In this document: one piece after another, positions 1 through 9,239 of the stretch
Layout: each line of letters opens with the position of its first letter
Numbering within the stretch: the stretch's first letter is position 1
Source: a phage
Sequence record: PV467748.1
DNA length: 64,000 nt
Strand: one strand, 5' to 3'
Notes under the pieces: model-generated
The model's database searches: none
What the model was told of the DNA's origin: nothing
The model's input: only the letters and a program-made list of their open reading frames with translations
Translations under genes and position numbers: made by a program

Positions 1-254
1 ATAAAGGTTCCAACGAAATGGACGCAGGTATCTACTATGCTCCGTACGTTGCACTGACTCCGCTGCGTGGTTCCGATCCGAAGAACTTCCAACCGGTAAT
101 GGGCTTCAAAACTCGTTACGGTATCGGTATTAACCCGTTCGCTGACCCAGCTGCTCAGGCGCCTACCAAACGTATTCAGAATGGTATGCCTGACATCGTT
201 AACAGCCTCGGTCTGAATGGTTACTTCCGTCGCGTATATGTTAAAGGTATCTAA
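1..254 (+). CDS. 23: Major capsid protein gp23, C-terminal fragment (gene continues upstream of window)
   Basis: ORF 18..254 is open in frame to the window start; tail ...YYAPYVALTPLRGSDPKNFQPVMGFKTRYGIGINPFAD resembles T4 gp23 C-terminus; followed by gene 24 as in T4. Confidence 0.8.
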   Translation, partial: KGSNEMDAGIYYAPYVALTPLRGSDPKNFQPVMGFKTRYGIGINPFADPAAQAPTKRIQNGMPDIVNSLGLNGYFRRVYVKGI

Positions 255-269
255 TATAAACCTTATTAT

Positions 270-287
270 GGGAGACTTCGGTCTCCC
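270..287. terminator. Hairpin gggagac-ttcg-gtctccc between gene 23 stop and convergent minus-strand ORF
   Basis: Perfect 7 bp stem with UUCG/CGAA loop, T-rich flank; lies between convergent genes. Confidence 0.5.
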
Positions 288-302
288 ATTCTTGTTTCTA
301 TA

Positions 303-569
303 CTATGCAATCTTAACACGATGGTTGATGATATCACGGAAGTCAATACGATTTTCTTGGATTTTCAGCCAGTTACCAGATTTGTCTTTGGTATGGGTAG
401 AGTATTCACCGTTCCACCAGAAGTCGGTAGCATAAGCCATGGCTTCGTATTTCTTAACTAGTGCATTCACTGCATTACCGTTAGGATTGGAACCATATTT
501 TTCTACCAGGGCTTTGATGTCTTTATCAAGAGCGGAAAGAGTAGTACGAATAAAGTTTAACTTGTTCAT
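303..569 (-). CDS. Hypothetical early protein, 88 aa (at the T4 segD position)
   Basis: ORF track 303..584; start moved to Met6 (MNKLNF...) which has GGAG RBS; own early promoter upstream. Confidence 0.5.
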   Translation of the reverse strand: MNKLNFIRTTLSALDKDIKALVEKYGSNPNGNAVNALVKKYEAMAYATDFWWNGEYSTHTKDKSGNWLKIQENRIDFRDIINHRVKIA

Positions 570-596
570 TTTTAATCTCCTCATGTTTTGATAGGT

Positions 597-630
597 CTAT
601 AGTAACATGTGATAACCTTGCTGTAAACAA
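597..630 (-). promoter_or_regulatory. T4-type early promoter (minus): GTTTACA -35, TACTAT -10
   Basis: rc reads GTTTACAgcaaggttatcacatgtTACTAT; same architecture recurs upstream of many minus-strand early genes here. Confidence 0.55.
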
Positions 631-634
631 CTTT

Positions 635-642
635 TATAAATA
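635..642 (+). promoter_or_regulatory. T4 late promoter TATAAATA upstream of gene 24
   Basis: Exact TATAAATA about 30 nt upstream of ATG at 671. Confidence 0.6.
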
Positions 643-670
643 AACATATACCCTCAATAAGGAAAGCGCA

Positions 671-1954
671 ATGGCAAAGATTAACGAATTACTGCGCGAG
701 TCAACAACTACTTCTAGCAACTCATTGGGTCGCCCTAATCTTGTTGCTTTGACCCGTGCTACAACCAAATTGATTTACCGTGATATTATTGCTGAACAAC
801 GTACTAGCCAGCCTATTGCTGCATTGTATGGTGTCAAATATCTTACTCCTGATAATGAATTTAGCTTCCAAACTGGTGCCGTTTATGGTGGTGAAGTTGG
901 TTCTAAAGACCGTGAAACTATCCCGGAACTCACAGATAAGGCCCAGGCTATTGCCAAGGGTGAATATTTCAAGTATCAGAACATAGTTTATAAGGCTCTT
1001 CAAGCAAGCCCACTCGCATCCACTAGCGCTACAGGATTGGCTGATGCTCTTCAAGAAGGTTTAGTGTCATTAACATGTCGTCTGGTTCCGGACGCTGCTC
1101 ATACCACTAAATTCGAAGCGAGTGATGTAGAAATCTCTGATGCTGTATTCCAGGTAAATAAATGGAATGCTCCTGTTAAGACTCGTAAATTGAAGACTGC
1201 TTTGACAGTAGAATTGGCACAGGATATGGAATCAAATGGATTCGACGCCCCTGCATTCTTAGAAGACCTCCTGGCTACAGTAATGGCAGATGAAATTAAT
1301 AAAGACGTTCTGCAATCCTTGATTACGGTATCTAAACGTTATAAAGTTACCGGTGTATCTGATAACGGCATCATAGATTTGACTTATGATAGTGCTCCGG
1401 AATCTGCACGTAAACTTTATGAAATTGTTTGTGAGATGAATTCTGAAATCCAGAAAACTACTTCTTATTCTGGTACGTTTGTTGTGGCTTCAAGTCGTGT
1501 GGCTGCAATGCTTGCAGGTTCTGGCTGGTTAAAACATAAACCTGAAGATAATAATTGGCTCCCAGAAACCGCCTATGGGTATTTGTTGAATGGATTACCT
1601 CTGTTCTGTGACGTTAACAGCCCGTTGGATTATGTTATCGTCGGTGTTAAAGAGAACTATGGTGGTAATGAAGTTGTCGGTTCTATTTTCTATGCCCCGT
1701 ATACAGAAGGCCTGGATTTAGACGACCAAGAACACGTTGGCGCTTATAAGGTTATTGTCGACCCGGATTCATTACAGCCTTCTATTTCTCTGATGGTTCG
1801 TTATGCACTGTCCGCTAATCCATACACCGTAGCTAAAGACGATAAAGAAGCTCGTGTTATAGATGCAACTAATATGGATTTAATGGCGGGCCAGAGTAAT
1901 ATGTCTTATCTGCTTGGTGTTAAACTTCCAGCAATTATTTACGAGGCTGATTAA
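671..1954 (+). CDS. 24: Capsid vertex protein gp24
   Basis: 427 aa; N-term MAKINELLRESTTT..., LQSLITVSKRYKVTG, SANPYTVAKDDKEAR match recalled T4 gp24; position after 23. Confidence 0.9.
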   Translation: MAKINELLRESTTTSSNSLGRPNLVALTRATTKLIYRDIIAEQRTSQPIAALYGVKYLTPDNEFSFQTGAVYGGEVGSKDRETIPELTDKAQAIAKGEYFKYQNIVYKALQASPLASTSATGLADALQEGLVSLTCRLVPDAAHTTKFEASDVEISDAVFQVNKWNAPVKTRKLKTALTVELAQDMESNGFDAPAFLEDLLATVMADEINKDVLQSLITVSKRYKVTGVSDNGIIDLTYDSAPESARKLYEIVCEMNSEIQKTTSYSGTFVVASSRVAAMLAGSGWLKHKPEDNNWLPETAYGYLLNGLPLFCDVNSPLDYVIVGVKENYGGNEVVGSIFYAPYTEGLDLDDQEHVGAYKVIVDPDSLQPSISLMVRYALSANPYTVAKDDKEARVIDATNMDLMAGQSNMSYLLGVKLPAIIYEAD

Positions 1955-3234
1955 TGTCTAAGATTGTAGACCTAATTAAAGAATCCACATTGACGGCTGC
2001 CAACTCGGTTGGCCGTCCTGCTCTTCTTTCATACACCCAAGCAACTAATAAACGAATCTTTAAAGCCTTAGTTGCTGAACAAAAAACAAGTCAACCTGTT
2101 GCCGCTCTGTACGGGGTTCGTGTACTTAATCCTGATGACAAAATGACTTATCTTGGTGGCGCTACATTTGCAGGCCAGATTGGTATGTCGGAACGTGAAA
2201 ATATTCCTGAATTTACCGATTCGTCTACAGCTTATGCAGCCGGCGATATGTTCCAGTTTGAAAGTGTAGTGTTTAAAGTTCTGGAAGCATCTCCTTTCGC
2301 CGGAACCACAGAAACTGACCTCGGTGAAGTTATTTCTGAAGCAGTGGCTGCTGGGCATATTCGTATGGTATCAGATGCGGCTATTACTTCTAAATTCGAA
2401 CAGGGCCATCCTGAAATTGCTGAAGCAGGCTTCCGTATTGATAAGTGGCAGACTGAAGTTAAATCACGTAAACTGAAAACTTCATTGACCGTCGAATTAG
2501 CCCAAGATCTAGAATCAAACGGGTTTAATGCTCCTAATTTCGTTGAAAACCTGCTAGGCATTCAAATGGCAGAAGAAATTAATAAGGACGTATTACAGTC
2601 ATTAATTACGGTGAGTTCTCGTTTTAAAGTCCAGGGTGTTTCCGAAAAGGGTGTATTGGACCTTACCAACCCACGTTACGATAATGCTCAGGACCGTGCT
2701 CGTACATTGTATTATTACATGTGTGAGATGAACTCTGCCGTACAACGCCAGACTTCTTTCGCTGGGACTTATGCAGTAGCTAGTTCTCGTTGTGCCGCTA
2801 TTCTTGCCGCATCTGGTTGGGTTGAGAAAAAGGAAGACCAAGACGAACTGGCTTACGGTATATTAAAAAATGGCCTGCCTCTTTATGCCGATATGAATAG
2901 TCCGTGTGATTATGTTATTGTTGGTGTAAATGCTCAGATGGGTGAAGGACAGACGGTCGCATCTTTATATTATGCGCCTTATACGGAAGGTTTGAATGAG
3001 GTTGATGAGGAAGGGGATACTTCAGTAGGTGAATTTAAGGTTATTGTTGACCCGGAAAGCTTACAACCTACAGTAGCATTGCTTGCTCGTTATGCATTGA
3101 CTGCAAACCCTTATACCGTCGCTAAGGACGATAAAGAAGCCCGCATTATTGATGGTTCTGATATGGACAAAATGGCTAATCAAAGTCAATTGAGTTCTTA
3201 TCTCGGTGTAAAATTACCACCTTTAGAAAAATAA
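1954..3234 (+). CDS. Second, diverged gp24-like capsid vertex protein paralog
   Basis: 426 aa, collinear with the upstream gp24 (shared LQSLITVS, YAPYTEGL, SLQP, ANPYTVAKDDKEAR blocks) but diverged; start overlaps upstream stop (TAATG). Confidence 0.8.
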   Translation: MSKIVDLIKESTLTAANSVGRPALLSYTQATNKRIFKALVAEQKTSQPVAALYGVRVLNPDDKMTYLGGATFAGQIGMSERENIPEFTDSSTAYAAGDMFQFESVVFKVLEASPFAGTTETDLGEVISEAVAAGHIRMVSDAAITSKFEQGHPEIAEAGFRIDKWQTEVKSRKLKTSLTVELAQDLESNGFNAPNFVENLLGIQMAEEINKDVLQSLITVSSRFKVQGVSEKGVLDLTNPRYDNAQDRARTLYYYMCEMNSAVQRQTSFAGTYAVASSRCAAILAASGWVEKKEDQDELAYGILKNGLPLYADMNSPCDYVIVGVNAQMGEGQTVASLYYAPYTEGLNEVDEEGDTSVGEFKVIVDPESLQPTVALLARYALTANPYTVAKDDKEARIIDGSDMDKMANQSQLSSYLGVKLPPLEK

Positions 3235-3236
3235 AA

Positions 3237-3257
3237 GGGACCGTGAGGTCCCTTTTT
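3237..3257. terminator. Hairpin gggacc-gtga-ggtccc plus T-run after gene 24 paralog
   Basis: 6 bp GC stem, GNRA-type loop, TTTTT on plus strand; also sits just 3' of convergent rnlB. Confidence 0.6.
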
Positions 3258-3260
3258 CAT

Positions 3261-4268
3261 TTATTTGGATACTAGGTCAATCCATACTGCTCGTAGGGTA
3301 TCTTTTACACACTCAACGAGCTGCTTTTTAACTTCAACAGGATTTTCAGCATCAGTTAATTCTAATTCTTCACGGGCAGCTTCTTCTAAGATATCTTGGA
3401 CTGTCAAGCCCATTACCTTTCCAAAATCCTTCGGCGATACTTCACCAATCTTACTGATGACGTTGTTAATGCGGTTAACAGTCACATAATCAGTGAATTG
3501 CCACATCAAGTCCATATCGTCTTGGGATAAAACCACTGCAACTTTAATAGGCTTATCAGACTTTTTCTTCTCGCTGAATTTAGAGTTCTTACATTTAATC
3601 GCTACACGATTTCCGTTTGGAAGCCAGATAGGAACATCAGGTTTCAGTACAAAGCCTTCGGCGGTGAATACTTTACCTTCTACCTTAGGAATAAAATCTG
3701 TTGAGTTCGCAATAGTTAGGCCAGCATTATCCACTGCAAAATTATAATCAGGAACAACAGAATCAAAATCATTAGGAAGTTTAATAAGGTCTTCAAAGCT
3801 ACCAGTGGCCAGACATGGCGCAACCTTAAACTTATGGATAATACAGAAGGCTTCCATCAATGTATCGGATAGAACAGATTCTGAGCCATCTTCCTTAGTA
3901 ACTCGGATATCGAACACATAAAAGTCTTTATCACCGTAATCCACATTCTTCTGGATACCCGGCCCAGCGAATTCGCCGTAAATTTGATATGACTGATAAT
4001 TAATCGATTCAATTAGATGTTGAACGGATTTAATAGAATCAGCATAATTCTTTAAAACAATTTCATAACCAAAGAAATCTTCAGCAGGGAGGATAGGGCC
4101 AGTGCGCTTGGCGCATGTGACTGCGTCACGTTCTATGATTAAACTAAAGTTGGTCCCATGAATCTTCTCACGTGCCACCCATTCACCACCAGTCAAACCG
4201 TTAGTACGGAGTTTTTCGATAAACTTACTGTTGTAGTGGTTTTCGAGACTGCTATATTTCTTGAACAT
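3261..4268 (-). CDS. rnlB: RNA ligase 2 (Rnl2)
   Basis: 335 aa; nucleotidyltransferase motif I EKIHGTN with Lys at position 35 as in T4 Rnl2; T4 position after gene 24. Confidence 0.85.
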   Translation of the reverse strand: MFKKYSSLENHYNSKFIEKLRTNGLTGGEWVAREKIHGTNFSLIIERDAVTCAKRTGPILPAEDFFGYEIVLKNYADSIKSVQHLIESINYQSYQIYGEFAGPGIQKNVDYGDKDFYVFDIRVTKEDGSESVLSDTLMEAFCIIHKFKVAPCLATGSFEDLIKLPNDFDSVVPDYNFAVDNAGLTIANSTDFIPKVEGKVFTAEGFVLKPDVPIWLPNGNRVAIKCKNSKFSEKKKSDKPIKVAVVLSQDDMDLMWQFTDYVTVNRINNVISKIGEVSPKDFGKVMGLTVQDILEEAAREELELTDAENPVEVKKQLVECVKDTLRAVWIDLVSK

Positions 4269-4382
4269 AAATCACCATAATAAATATAATTAAATAGAAG
4301 AGCTAGTAGTCTTCTGTCACCAAGCCAAATGGTTTAACGGAAGGACCTAGACCCATTATATCACACCTAAATTTAAAGCATA

Positions 4383-4592
4383 TTACTTTGAACCAGAACG
4401 CGCTTTGCGCCGAACCTTGTTGTTCAATCTTTTACGATAAACAACCTTTTCTTTCGCTTTAAATTTGGCCTTGGCTTGTTCTACATCAACCCATGCTTTG
4501 GCCATGTCCTTAGCGGTCCCGCCCATTTTTTTAGCAATTTCTATAAAATTCAACCCAGATTCGTGTAAAAAATGTACTTTAACCTTGTCCAT
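4383..4592 (-). CDS. Hypothetical small basic protein, 69 aa (24.2/24.3 region)
   Basis: ORF with early promoter upstream; Lys/Arg-rich C-terminus; possible helix-turn-helix (NFIEIAKKMGGTAKDMAKAW). Confidence 0.45.
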   Translation of the reverse strand: MDKVKVHFLHESGLNFIEIAKKMGGTAKDMAKAWVDVEQAKAKFKAKEKVVYRKRLNNKVRRKARSGSK

Positions 4593-4620
4593 AACAATTC
4601 TCTCGTTGAGCCGGTAAAAC

Positions 4621-4653
4621 TCATCTTAACATAGAATTTTTAACTTGTAAACA
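4621..4653 (-). promoter_or_regulatory. T4-type early promoter (minus)
   Basis: rc reads GTTTACAagttaaaaattctatgtTAAGAT upstream of the 69 aa ORF. Confidence 0.45.
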
Positions 4654-4676
4654 GGAATTTTGTACTTTAATGCAAA

Positions 4677-4694
4677 ATGGGCCTTGCGGCCCAT
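4677..4694 (-). terminator. Hairpin atgggcc-ttgc-ggcccat downstream of hoc
   Basis: 7 bp stem immediately 3' of hoc stop on minus strand; weak T-run, may be an RNA stability element rather than terminator. Confidence 0.35.
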
Positions 4695-4696
4695 AA

Positions 4697-5545
4697 TTAA
4701 TAAACGTAATCGTATATAATACCAGCTTCTAAAGTGGTGCGATGAATAATTCGACCATTACGAGATTCTTGTACATCAACCTCTGGATAGTCGGTAATCA
4801 TTTTTTGAAGTGTATACCGGTGCAAATAATACGGGCTATCCGGGTCATCTGTTTTCCAGTCTTTGCCTTCAAGAGTCATTTTCTGGATTTCATCCATAAC
4901 CCACCAACCGCACCAAATATAAGCTGAATTACGTACTGGCAATGGATGAACGTAAGGTAATTCGCCATCCGGAACCGGTGCGACTTTAGCCGTGACCGTT
5001 ACATTACCGGTTTTTGTGACAGTCGCCTGGTTATAATCAGCCGCCGAAACCACAACAGAAACTTCAATAACCTGTGAACCTTCGGTGCTTGTGTCGATTG
5101 TTAGAGTATCCGTGGTGCCAACTACAGGAGAACCGTCTTTCTTCCAAGAATAGGCAAAAGTAGCGCCAGCAGGCGCGCCGACTACATCCGCTTTAAAAGA
5201 AGCTGGAGTGCCTTCCGGAACATTAATTGATTCTGGGGTTAATGTCACAGAAACACCAGACATAGTTTTATTCTGGATAGTTAAAGTCGTCTCAGCTTCA
5301 GCAGTTTCCGGTTCGCCGTCCGCTGGTGTAGTTGTTGCAACAACTTTAATAGTCTTGCTGCCTGCTGGACCAACAGCAACATAATCCATTGCAGCAGTCA
5401 CAGAAGATTGAGGAACGCCATCAACGGTCCAGACAAATGATTCAGTACCTTCAGCTGCAGCACCGGAACCGGTCGCAGTGAAATTGGTTGTTGCTCCAAT
5501 AACGGCCGTAGCCGCCAAAGGAGAAATATCTACGGTATAAGCCAT
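4697..5545 (-). CDS. hoc: Hoc-like outer capsid decoration protein (Ig-like repeats)
   Basis: 282 aa; repeated Ig-like Thr/Val-rich segments; C-terminal Trp/Tyr-rich domain; T4 position between rnlB and inh. Confidence 0.65.
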   Translation of the reverse strand: MAYTVDISPLAATAVIGATTNFTATGSGAAAEGTESFVWTVDGVPQSSVTAAMDYVAVGPAGSKTIKVVATTTPADGEPETAEAETTLTIQNKTMSGVSVTLTPESINVPEGTPASFKADVVGAPAGATFAYSWKKDGSPVVGTTDTLTIDTSTEGSQVIEVSVVVSAADYNQATVTKTGNVTVTAKVAPVPDGELPYVHPLPVRNSAYIWCGWWVMDEIQKMTLEGKDWKTDDPDSPYYLHRYTLQKMITDYPEVDVQESRNGRIIHRTTLEAGIIYDYVY

Positions 5546-5554
5546 AATAAACCC

Positions 5555-6226
5555 TTATTTTAAAGTGACAAAAGATGAGTTACGAGTTTCTCGTACTAGA
5601 ACAGACCCATTACGATTGATGTAATAAATCAAGCTGAATAGTGTTTGGTGTGCGGTAGGATGTTGGAAAGCAGTTGGACGTTCTTTCCAATCCGGAGTCT
5701 CAGAAATCCATTGGTAAATCCACCAAGGAACAGTGCAATAACCTGGGTTCTTACCGATAAGCAAAAGATTAGGACTGAAGTTTTCAGGTAAAGAGAATAC
5801 AGGTTTTTCAGATTCAACAACCTTGGCTACAGCCTTTTTGAATTTCTCTTCGTCAAATGGAACATCCTCTTCGATAATCTCTACCTTAGGAAGTTCGGCT
5901 ACCTCTATTACTTCAACAACTGCCTCAGGAGCATCGAACAACAGGGTTGCTTCTTCTTTAGCTGGTTCTACACCTTCGATAAAATCATTATCACCAGTGA
6001 GTTCGTCAGCAGCATCAATCAAATCAGAAATAGACAACCCGTCTGTTTCCGGAAGTGGTTCGTCAGCCAAGGCTTTAAGGCCTTCAGAGATATCGATAAT
6101 CAAATTATCAAACGAACGGGTTTTCTTAAGTTTTAAACCGAACTGTTCGCCGTATTCGATTAACTTAGCTTTAGCTTCTTTTTTGTCTTTGAGTGCACGA
6201 AGCTCTTCAATATATTGAGTATCCAT
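5555..6226 (-). CDS. inh: Inh-like inhibitor of prohead protease
   Basis: 223 aa, acidic middle region, size and position as T4 inh. Confidence 0.55.
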   Translation of the reverse strand: MDTQYIEELRALKDKKEAKAKLIEYGEQFGLKLKKTRSFDNLIIDISEGLKALADEPLPETDGLSISDLIDAADELTGDNDFIEGVEPAKEEATLLFDAPEAVVEVIEVAELPKVEIIEEDVPFDEEKFKKAVAKVVESEKPVFSLPENFSPNLLLIGKNPGYCTVPWWIYQWISETPDWKERPTAFQHPTAHQTLFSLIYYINRNGSVLVRETRNSSFVTLK

Positions 6227-6245
6227 AATTAGTCTCTTGTTGGTG

Positions 6246-6253
6246 TATAAATA
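6246..6253 (+). promoter_or_regulatory. T4 late promoter TATAAATA upstream of uvsW
   Basis: Exact TATAAATA about 28 nt upstream of uvsW ATG. Confidence 0.55.
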
Positions 6254-6259
6254 TAACTA

Positions 6260-6267
6260 TATTTATA
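6260..6267 (-). promoter_or_regulatory. T4 late promoter TATAAATA (minus) upstream of inh/hoc
   Basis: Plus-strand tatttata = rc TATAAATA, divergent from the uvsW late promoter. Confidence 0.5.
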
Positions 6268-6281
6268 ACTGAGAATTACTT

Positions 6282-7778
6282 ATGCAAATTCAAGTACATT
6301 TTGATAATTTTAGTCATGTCCGTATCGAGTGTGATGAATCCACATTCTACGAACTCAGAGACTATTTTAGCTTTGAAGCTGATGGGTATAAATTCAACCC
6401 TAAATTTCGTTATGGGCAATGGGATGGACGTATTCGTCTTCTGGATTATAACCGTAAACTTCCTTATGGATTGGTTCCGCAAATTAAAAAGTTCGCCGAA
6501 CAATTTGAATATTCTCTGTGGATTGACCCACGTATTCTTGAACAGGAAGATATTTCTCGTGAAGATTTTGACTCATGGGTAGCTTCTCAAGAAATTTATT
6601 CAGGGTCTACCAAGATTGAGCCTCATTGGTATCAGAATGAAGCTGTATACAACGGCCTGACAAAACGTCGCGCAATTCTGAATTTACCTACATCCGCAGG
6701 TAAATCATTGATTCAGGCGCTCCTGAGTCGATATTACGTTGAGAACTATGAAGGTAAAATTCTTATATTAGTTCCTACTACTGCACTTGTCGACCAGATG
6801 ATTAATGACTTCATCGATTATAGATTGTTCCCTAAAGCAGAAATGCTTGGTATTCGTTCAGGTACTGCTCGTGATTCTGATGCAATGATTTACGTTTCAA
6901 CTTATCAAACTGCTATCAAGCAACCTAAAGAATGGTTTGCTCAGTTTGGTATGTTTATGAACGATGAATGCCACTTGGCTACAGGTAAATCTATTTCTAC
7001 TATCATCGAAGGCCTAACCAACTGTATGTTTAAATTCGGTTTGTCTGGTTCTTTAAAAGATGGTAAAGCTAATTTAATGCAATATATGGGTTTGTTTGGT
7101 GATGTGTTTAAGCCAGTATCCACCTCCCAGTTAATGGAAGAAGGACAGGTTACCGACCTTAAAATCAACAGTATTTTCCTTCGATACCCAGACGAATTCA
7201 CTGTTAAGATGAAAGGTAAAGATTACCAATCAGAAATCAAGGTCATTACTAAGGCTACTCGTCGTAATAAATGGGTTGCTAATTTAGCTGTTAAACTCGC
7301 TAAGAAAGAAGAGAACGTATTCCTGATGTTTAAAAACATCGAACACGGTAAAACTCTTTTTGAAATGGTTAAAGAGCAACATAAAGAAGTTTATTACGTA
7401 TCAGGTGAAGTTAATACCGAAACGCGTAATGCTCTGAAAGTAATGGCGGAAAATGGTAAGGGTATTATTGTTGTTGCAAGTTATGGTGTGTTCTCTACTG
7501 GTATTTCCGTTAAGAACCTTCATCACGTTGTATTTGCCCACCCAGTAAAATCCAAAATCATTGTACTCCAGACAATTGGTCGTGTACTCCGTAAACATGC
7601 CTCTAAATCAACAGCACAGGTATGGGATATCATCGACGACATGGGTGTTAAGCCTAAATCAGCTACGGCTAAAAAGAAATATGTTCATTTGAACTACGCC
7701 CTCAAACACGCTTTAGAACGTATTCAACGTTATGCTGATGAGAAATTTAATTACGTAATGAAACAGGTGGATTTATGA
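6282..7778 (+). CDS. uvsW: UvsW RNA-DNA and DNA-DNA helicase
   Basis: 498 aa; near-collinear with recalled T4 UvsW (HFDNFSHVRIECDESTF..., Walker A LNLPTSAGKS, DECH box MNDECHLATGKS, QTIGRVLRKH). Confidence 0.95.
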   Translation: MQIQVHFDNFSHVRIECDESTFYELRDYFSFEADGYKFNPKFRYGQWDGRIRLLDYNRKLPYGLVPQIKKFAEQFEYSLWIDPRILEQEDISREDFDSWVASQEIYSGSTKIEPHWYQNEAVYNGLTKRRAILNLPTSAGKSLIQALLSRYYVENYEGKILILVPTTALVDQMINDFIDYRLFPKAEMLGIRSGTARDSDAMIYVSTYQTAIKQPKEWFAQFGMFMNDECHLATGKSISTIIEGLTNCMFKFGLSGSLKDGKANLMQYMGLFGDVFKPVSTSQLMEEGQVTDLKINSIFLRYPDEFTVKMKGKDYQSEIKVITKATRRNKWVANLAVKLAKKEENVFLMFKNIEHGKTLFEMVKEQHKEVYYVSGEVNTETRNALKVMAENGKGIIVVASYGVFSTGISVKNLHHVVFAHPVKSKIIVLQTIGRVLRKHASKSTAQVWDIIDDMGVKPKSATAKKKYVHLNYALKHALERIQRYADEKFNYVMKQVDL

Positions 7779-8002
7779 AAACCTTTAAAGAAGTTATTCA
7801 AGAAGCATCTATTGAAAGCTTCATGGCTAAAATTGGTTCTTGTCAGACTATGGATGGTCTGAAGGAATTAGAAAAGTATTACAAAACTCGTAGTAAGGAA
7901 GCTGAACTTCGTGATTCGGACGATATTAGCGTGCGTGATGCATTGGCTGGTAAGAGAGCTGAATTGGAGTCGATGGACGACGAGGAAGAGGAAGATTTCT
8001 AA
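7775..8002 (+). CDS. uvsW.1: UvsW.1 small acidic protein
   Basis: 75 aa, start overlaps uvsW stop (ATGA); acidic C-terminus DDEEEEDF; size and position as T4 uvsW.1. Confidence 0.8.
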   Translation: MKTFKEVIQEASIESFMAKIGSCQTMDGLKELEKYYKTRSKEAELRDSDDISVRDALAGKRAELESMDDEEEEDF

Positions 8003-8003
8003 A

Positions 8004-8032
8004 CAAAAAAGGCCCAACCTTTCGGAAGGGCC
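8004..8032 (-). terminator. Intrinsic terminator (minus strand) downstream of uvsY.-2
   Basis: Hairpin ggccc...gggcc with inner GAAA-type loop, followed on minus strand by TTTTTTGTTT. Confidence 0.5.
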
Positions 8033-8061
8033 AATAACCATAAATGGCTATACACACTAGA

Positions 8062-8229
8062 CTAAAGTAGTAATTGGGTTTCGTTCAGCTGTTCTTCAGT
8101 GTTTTCCGTAACAGGCATGCTTTGAACGTAATTATAACATGAGCCCGGATGAACCGGACCTTTTTCTGTTTCAACAACCAATGCAGCATCGATTGGAGTT
8201 TTACAGACAACGCAAATCTTATCTGACAT
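8062..8229 (-). CDS. UvsY.-2-like small Cys-containing protein, 55 aa (not in ORF track)
   Basis: Hand-translated: MSDKICVVCKTPIDAALVVETEKGPVHPGSCYNYVQSMPVTENTEEQLNETQLLL; strong RBS AAGGAG 7 nt upstream; CxxC plus HPGxC pattern. Confidence 0.55.
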   Translation of the reverse strand: MSDKICVVCKTPIDAALVVETEKGPVHPGSCYNYVQSMPVTENTEEQLNETQLLL

Positions 8230-8356
8230 GATTGTCTCCTTAGTTTAACTTACATATCTATTTATTACTTGATAAAGCAGTATTAATGAATTCTTGAAGA
8301 AGTTTCATTTTATCGGCATCTACTTTAATGGGTTTGGTATTTTTAGTACGTCTCAT

Positions 8357-8791
8357 TTATTTACCTGCCTCAAATTGTCTCATCTCATGCATGGTCTTAA
8401 GGTTAAAACCACGCGCCTTAATAGCATCAAGTGCTGAACTACAAAAGTCCTGTAATAAAGCCCAATACTGAATTGATGTGTCGATTTTAATTACACTAGA
8501 ATCCGCAGCCATAACGGTCTTTAATTCAGACTTCTCATACTGGTCCATACAAACCTCATCACCAGGCTCTCCACGTCCCGTGTAGAAATCTAATCGCTTC
8601 TTAAGTGAGGTCTTTTTCTGGATTTCTAATCTCATTATTTCTTTCTTACAATTCGTATACAGCCTTAGCCATTTGCTGTGCAGCAAAACGTTGTTCTGTA
8701 CTTCATATTGTAAACGAGTTCCATCAATCTTTAAATCCTCGTCTAATGCGTCCTGAAATGATTCTAATTTATATTCAATCTCTTTACTCAT
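8357..8791 (-). CDS. uvsY: UvsY recombination mediator
   Basis: ORF track 8357..8824; start moved to Met12 (MSKEIEYK...) with AGGA RBS; collinear with recalled T4 UvsY (LQYEVQNNVLLHSKWL, KSELKTVMAADSSVIKIDTSIQYW, RQFEAGK). Confidence 0.9.
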   Translation of the reverse strand: MSKEIEYKLESFQDALDEDLKIDGTRLQYEVQNNVLLHSKWLRLYTNCKKEIMRLEIQKKTSLKKRLDFYTGRGEPGDEVCMDQYEKSELKTVMAADSSVIKIDTSIQYWALLQDFCSSALDAIKARGFNLKTMHEMRQFEAGK

Positions 8792-8849
8792 CGCATGTTT
8801 CCTGTGTAATAACCATAGGACCATTATACACTATTCATTTGAACAGCAA

Positions 8850-9239
8850 TTAACCACTCTGTGAGAGCTGGATTCTAATTTGCTCTAATGTATCCGGGTC
8901 ATCAACTATACTAAACTGAACCGTCACTATAATCGAGTTATCATCATACACAGGTGTCACACCTACAGCCAGGGTAGAAATTCTGGGTTCGAAGTTCCGC
9001 ACAGCGGAAACTATATTACGCTTAATGGTATCCGTGATTAGTGGAGTAATATTCTCAAACAATTGGTTACTGATGTCACAACCAAATTCAGGCATAAAAG
9101 GGCGTGAACCTTTGCGAGTAGTAATAATGCCTAACAAACTATTTTTTACTGCACGAGCGCCTGTGGCTTTAGCGACGTCTCTATTCCAAGACGTCCTCAT
9201 TTCAGGGTCTAAATCTGAATACATTTTATTGATATTCAT
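8850..9239 (-). CDS. 25: Baseplate wedge protein gp25
   Basis: 129 aa; size and position after uvsY as in T4. Confidence 0.8.
   Translation of the reverse strand: MNINKMYSDLDPEMRTSWNRDVAKATGARAVKNSLLGIITTRKGSRPFMPEFGCDISNQLFENITPLITDTIKRNIVSAVRNFEPRISTLAVGVTPVYDDNSIIVTVQFSIVDDPDTLEQIRIQLSQSG

Noticed and set aside
722-1054. Antisense or alternative-frame ORFs inside strongly supported genes (e.g. 722..1054, 780..986, 2068..2358, 2232..2561, 12574..13215, 34268..34762, 45365..45727, 59157..59828)
   Set aside because: They lie wholly within genes whose products are recognisable across their full length; reverse frames of protein-coding sequence are expected to yield spurious ORFs, and none has an RBS or promoter context.
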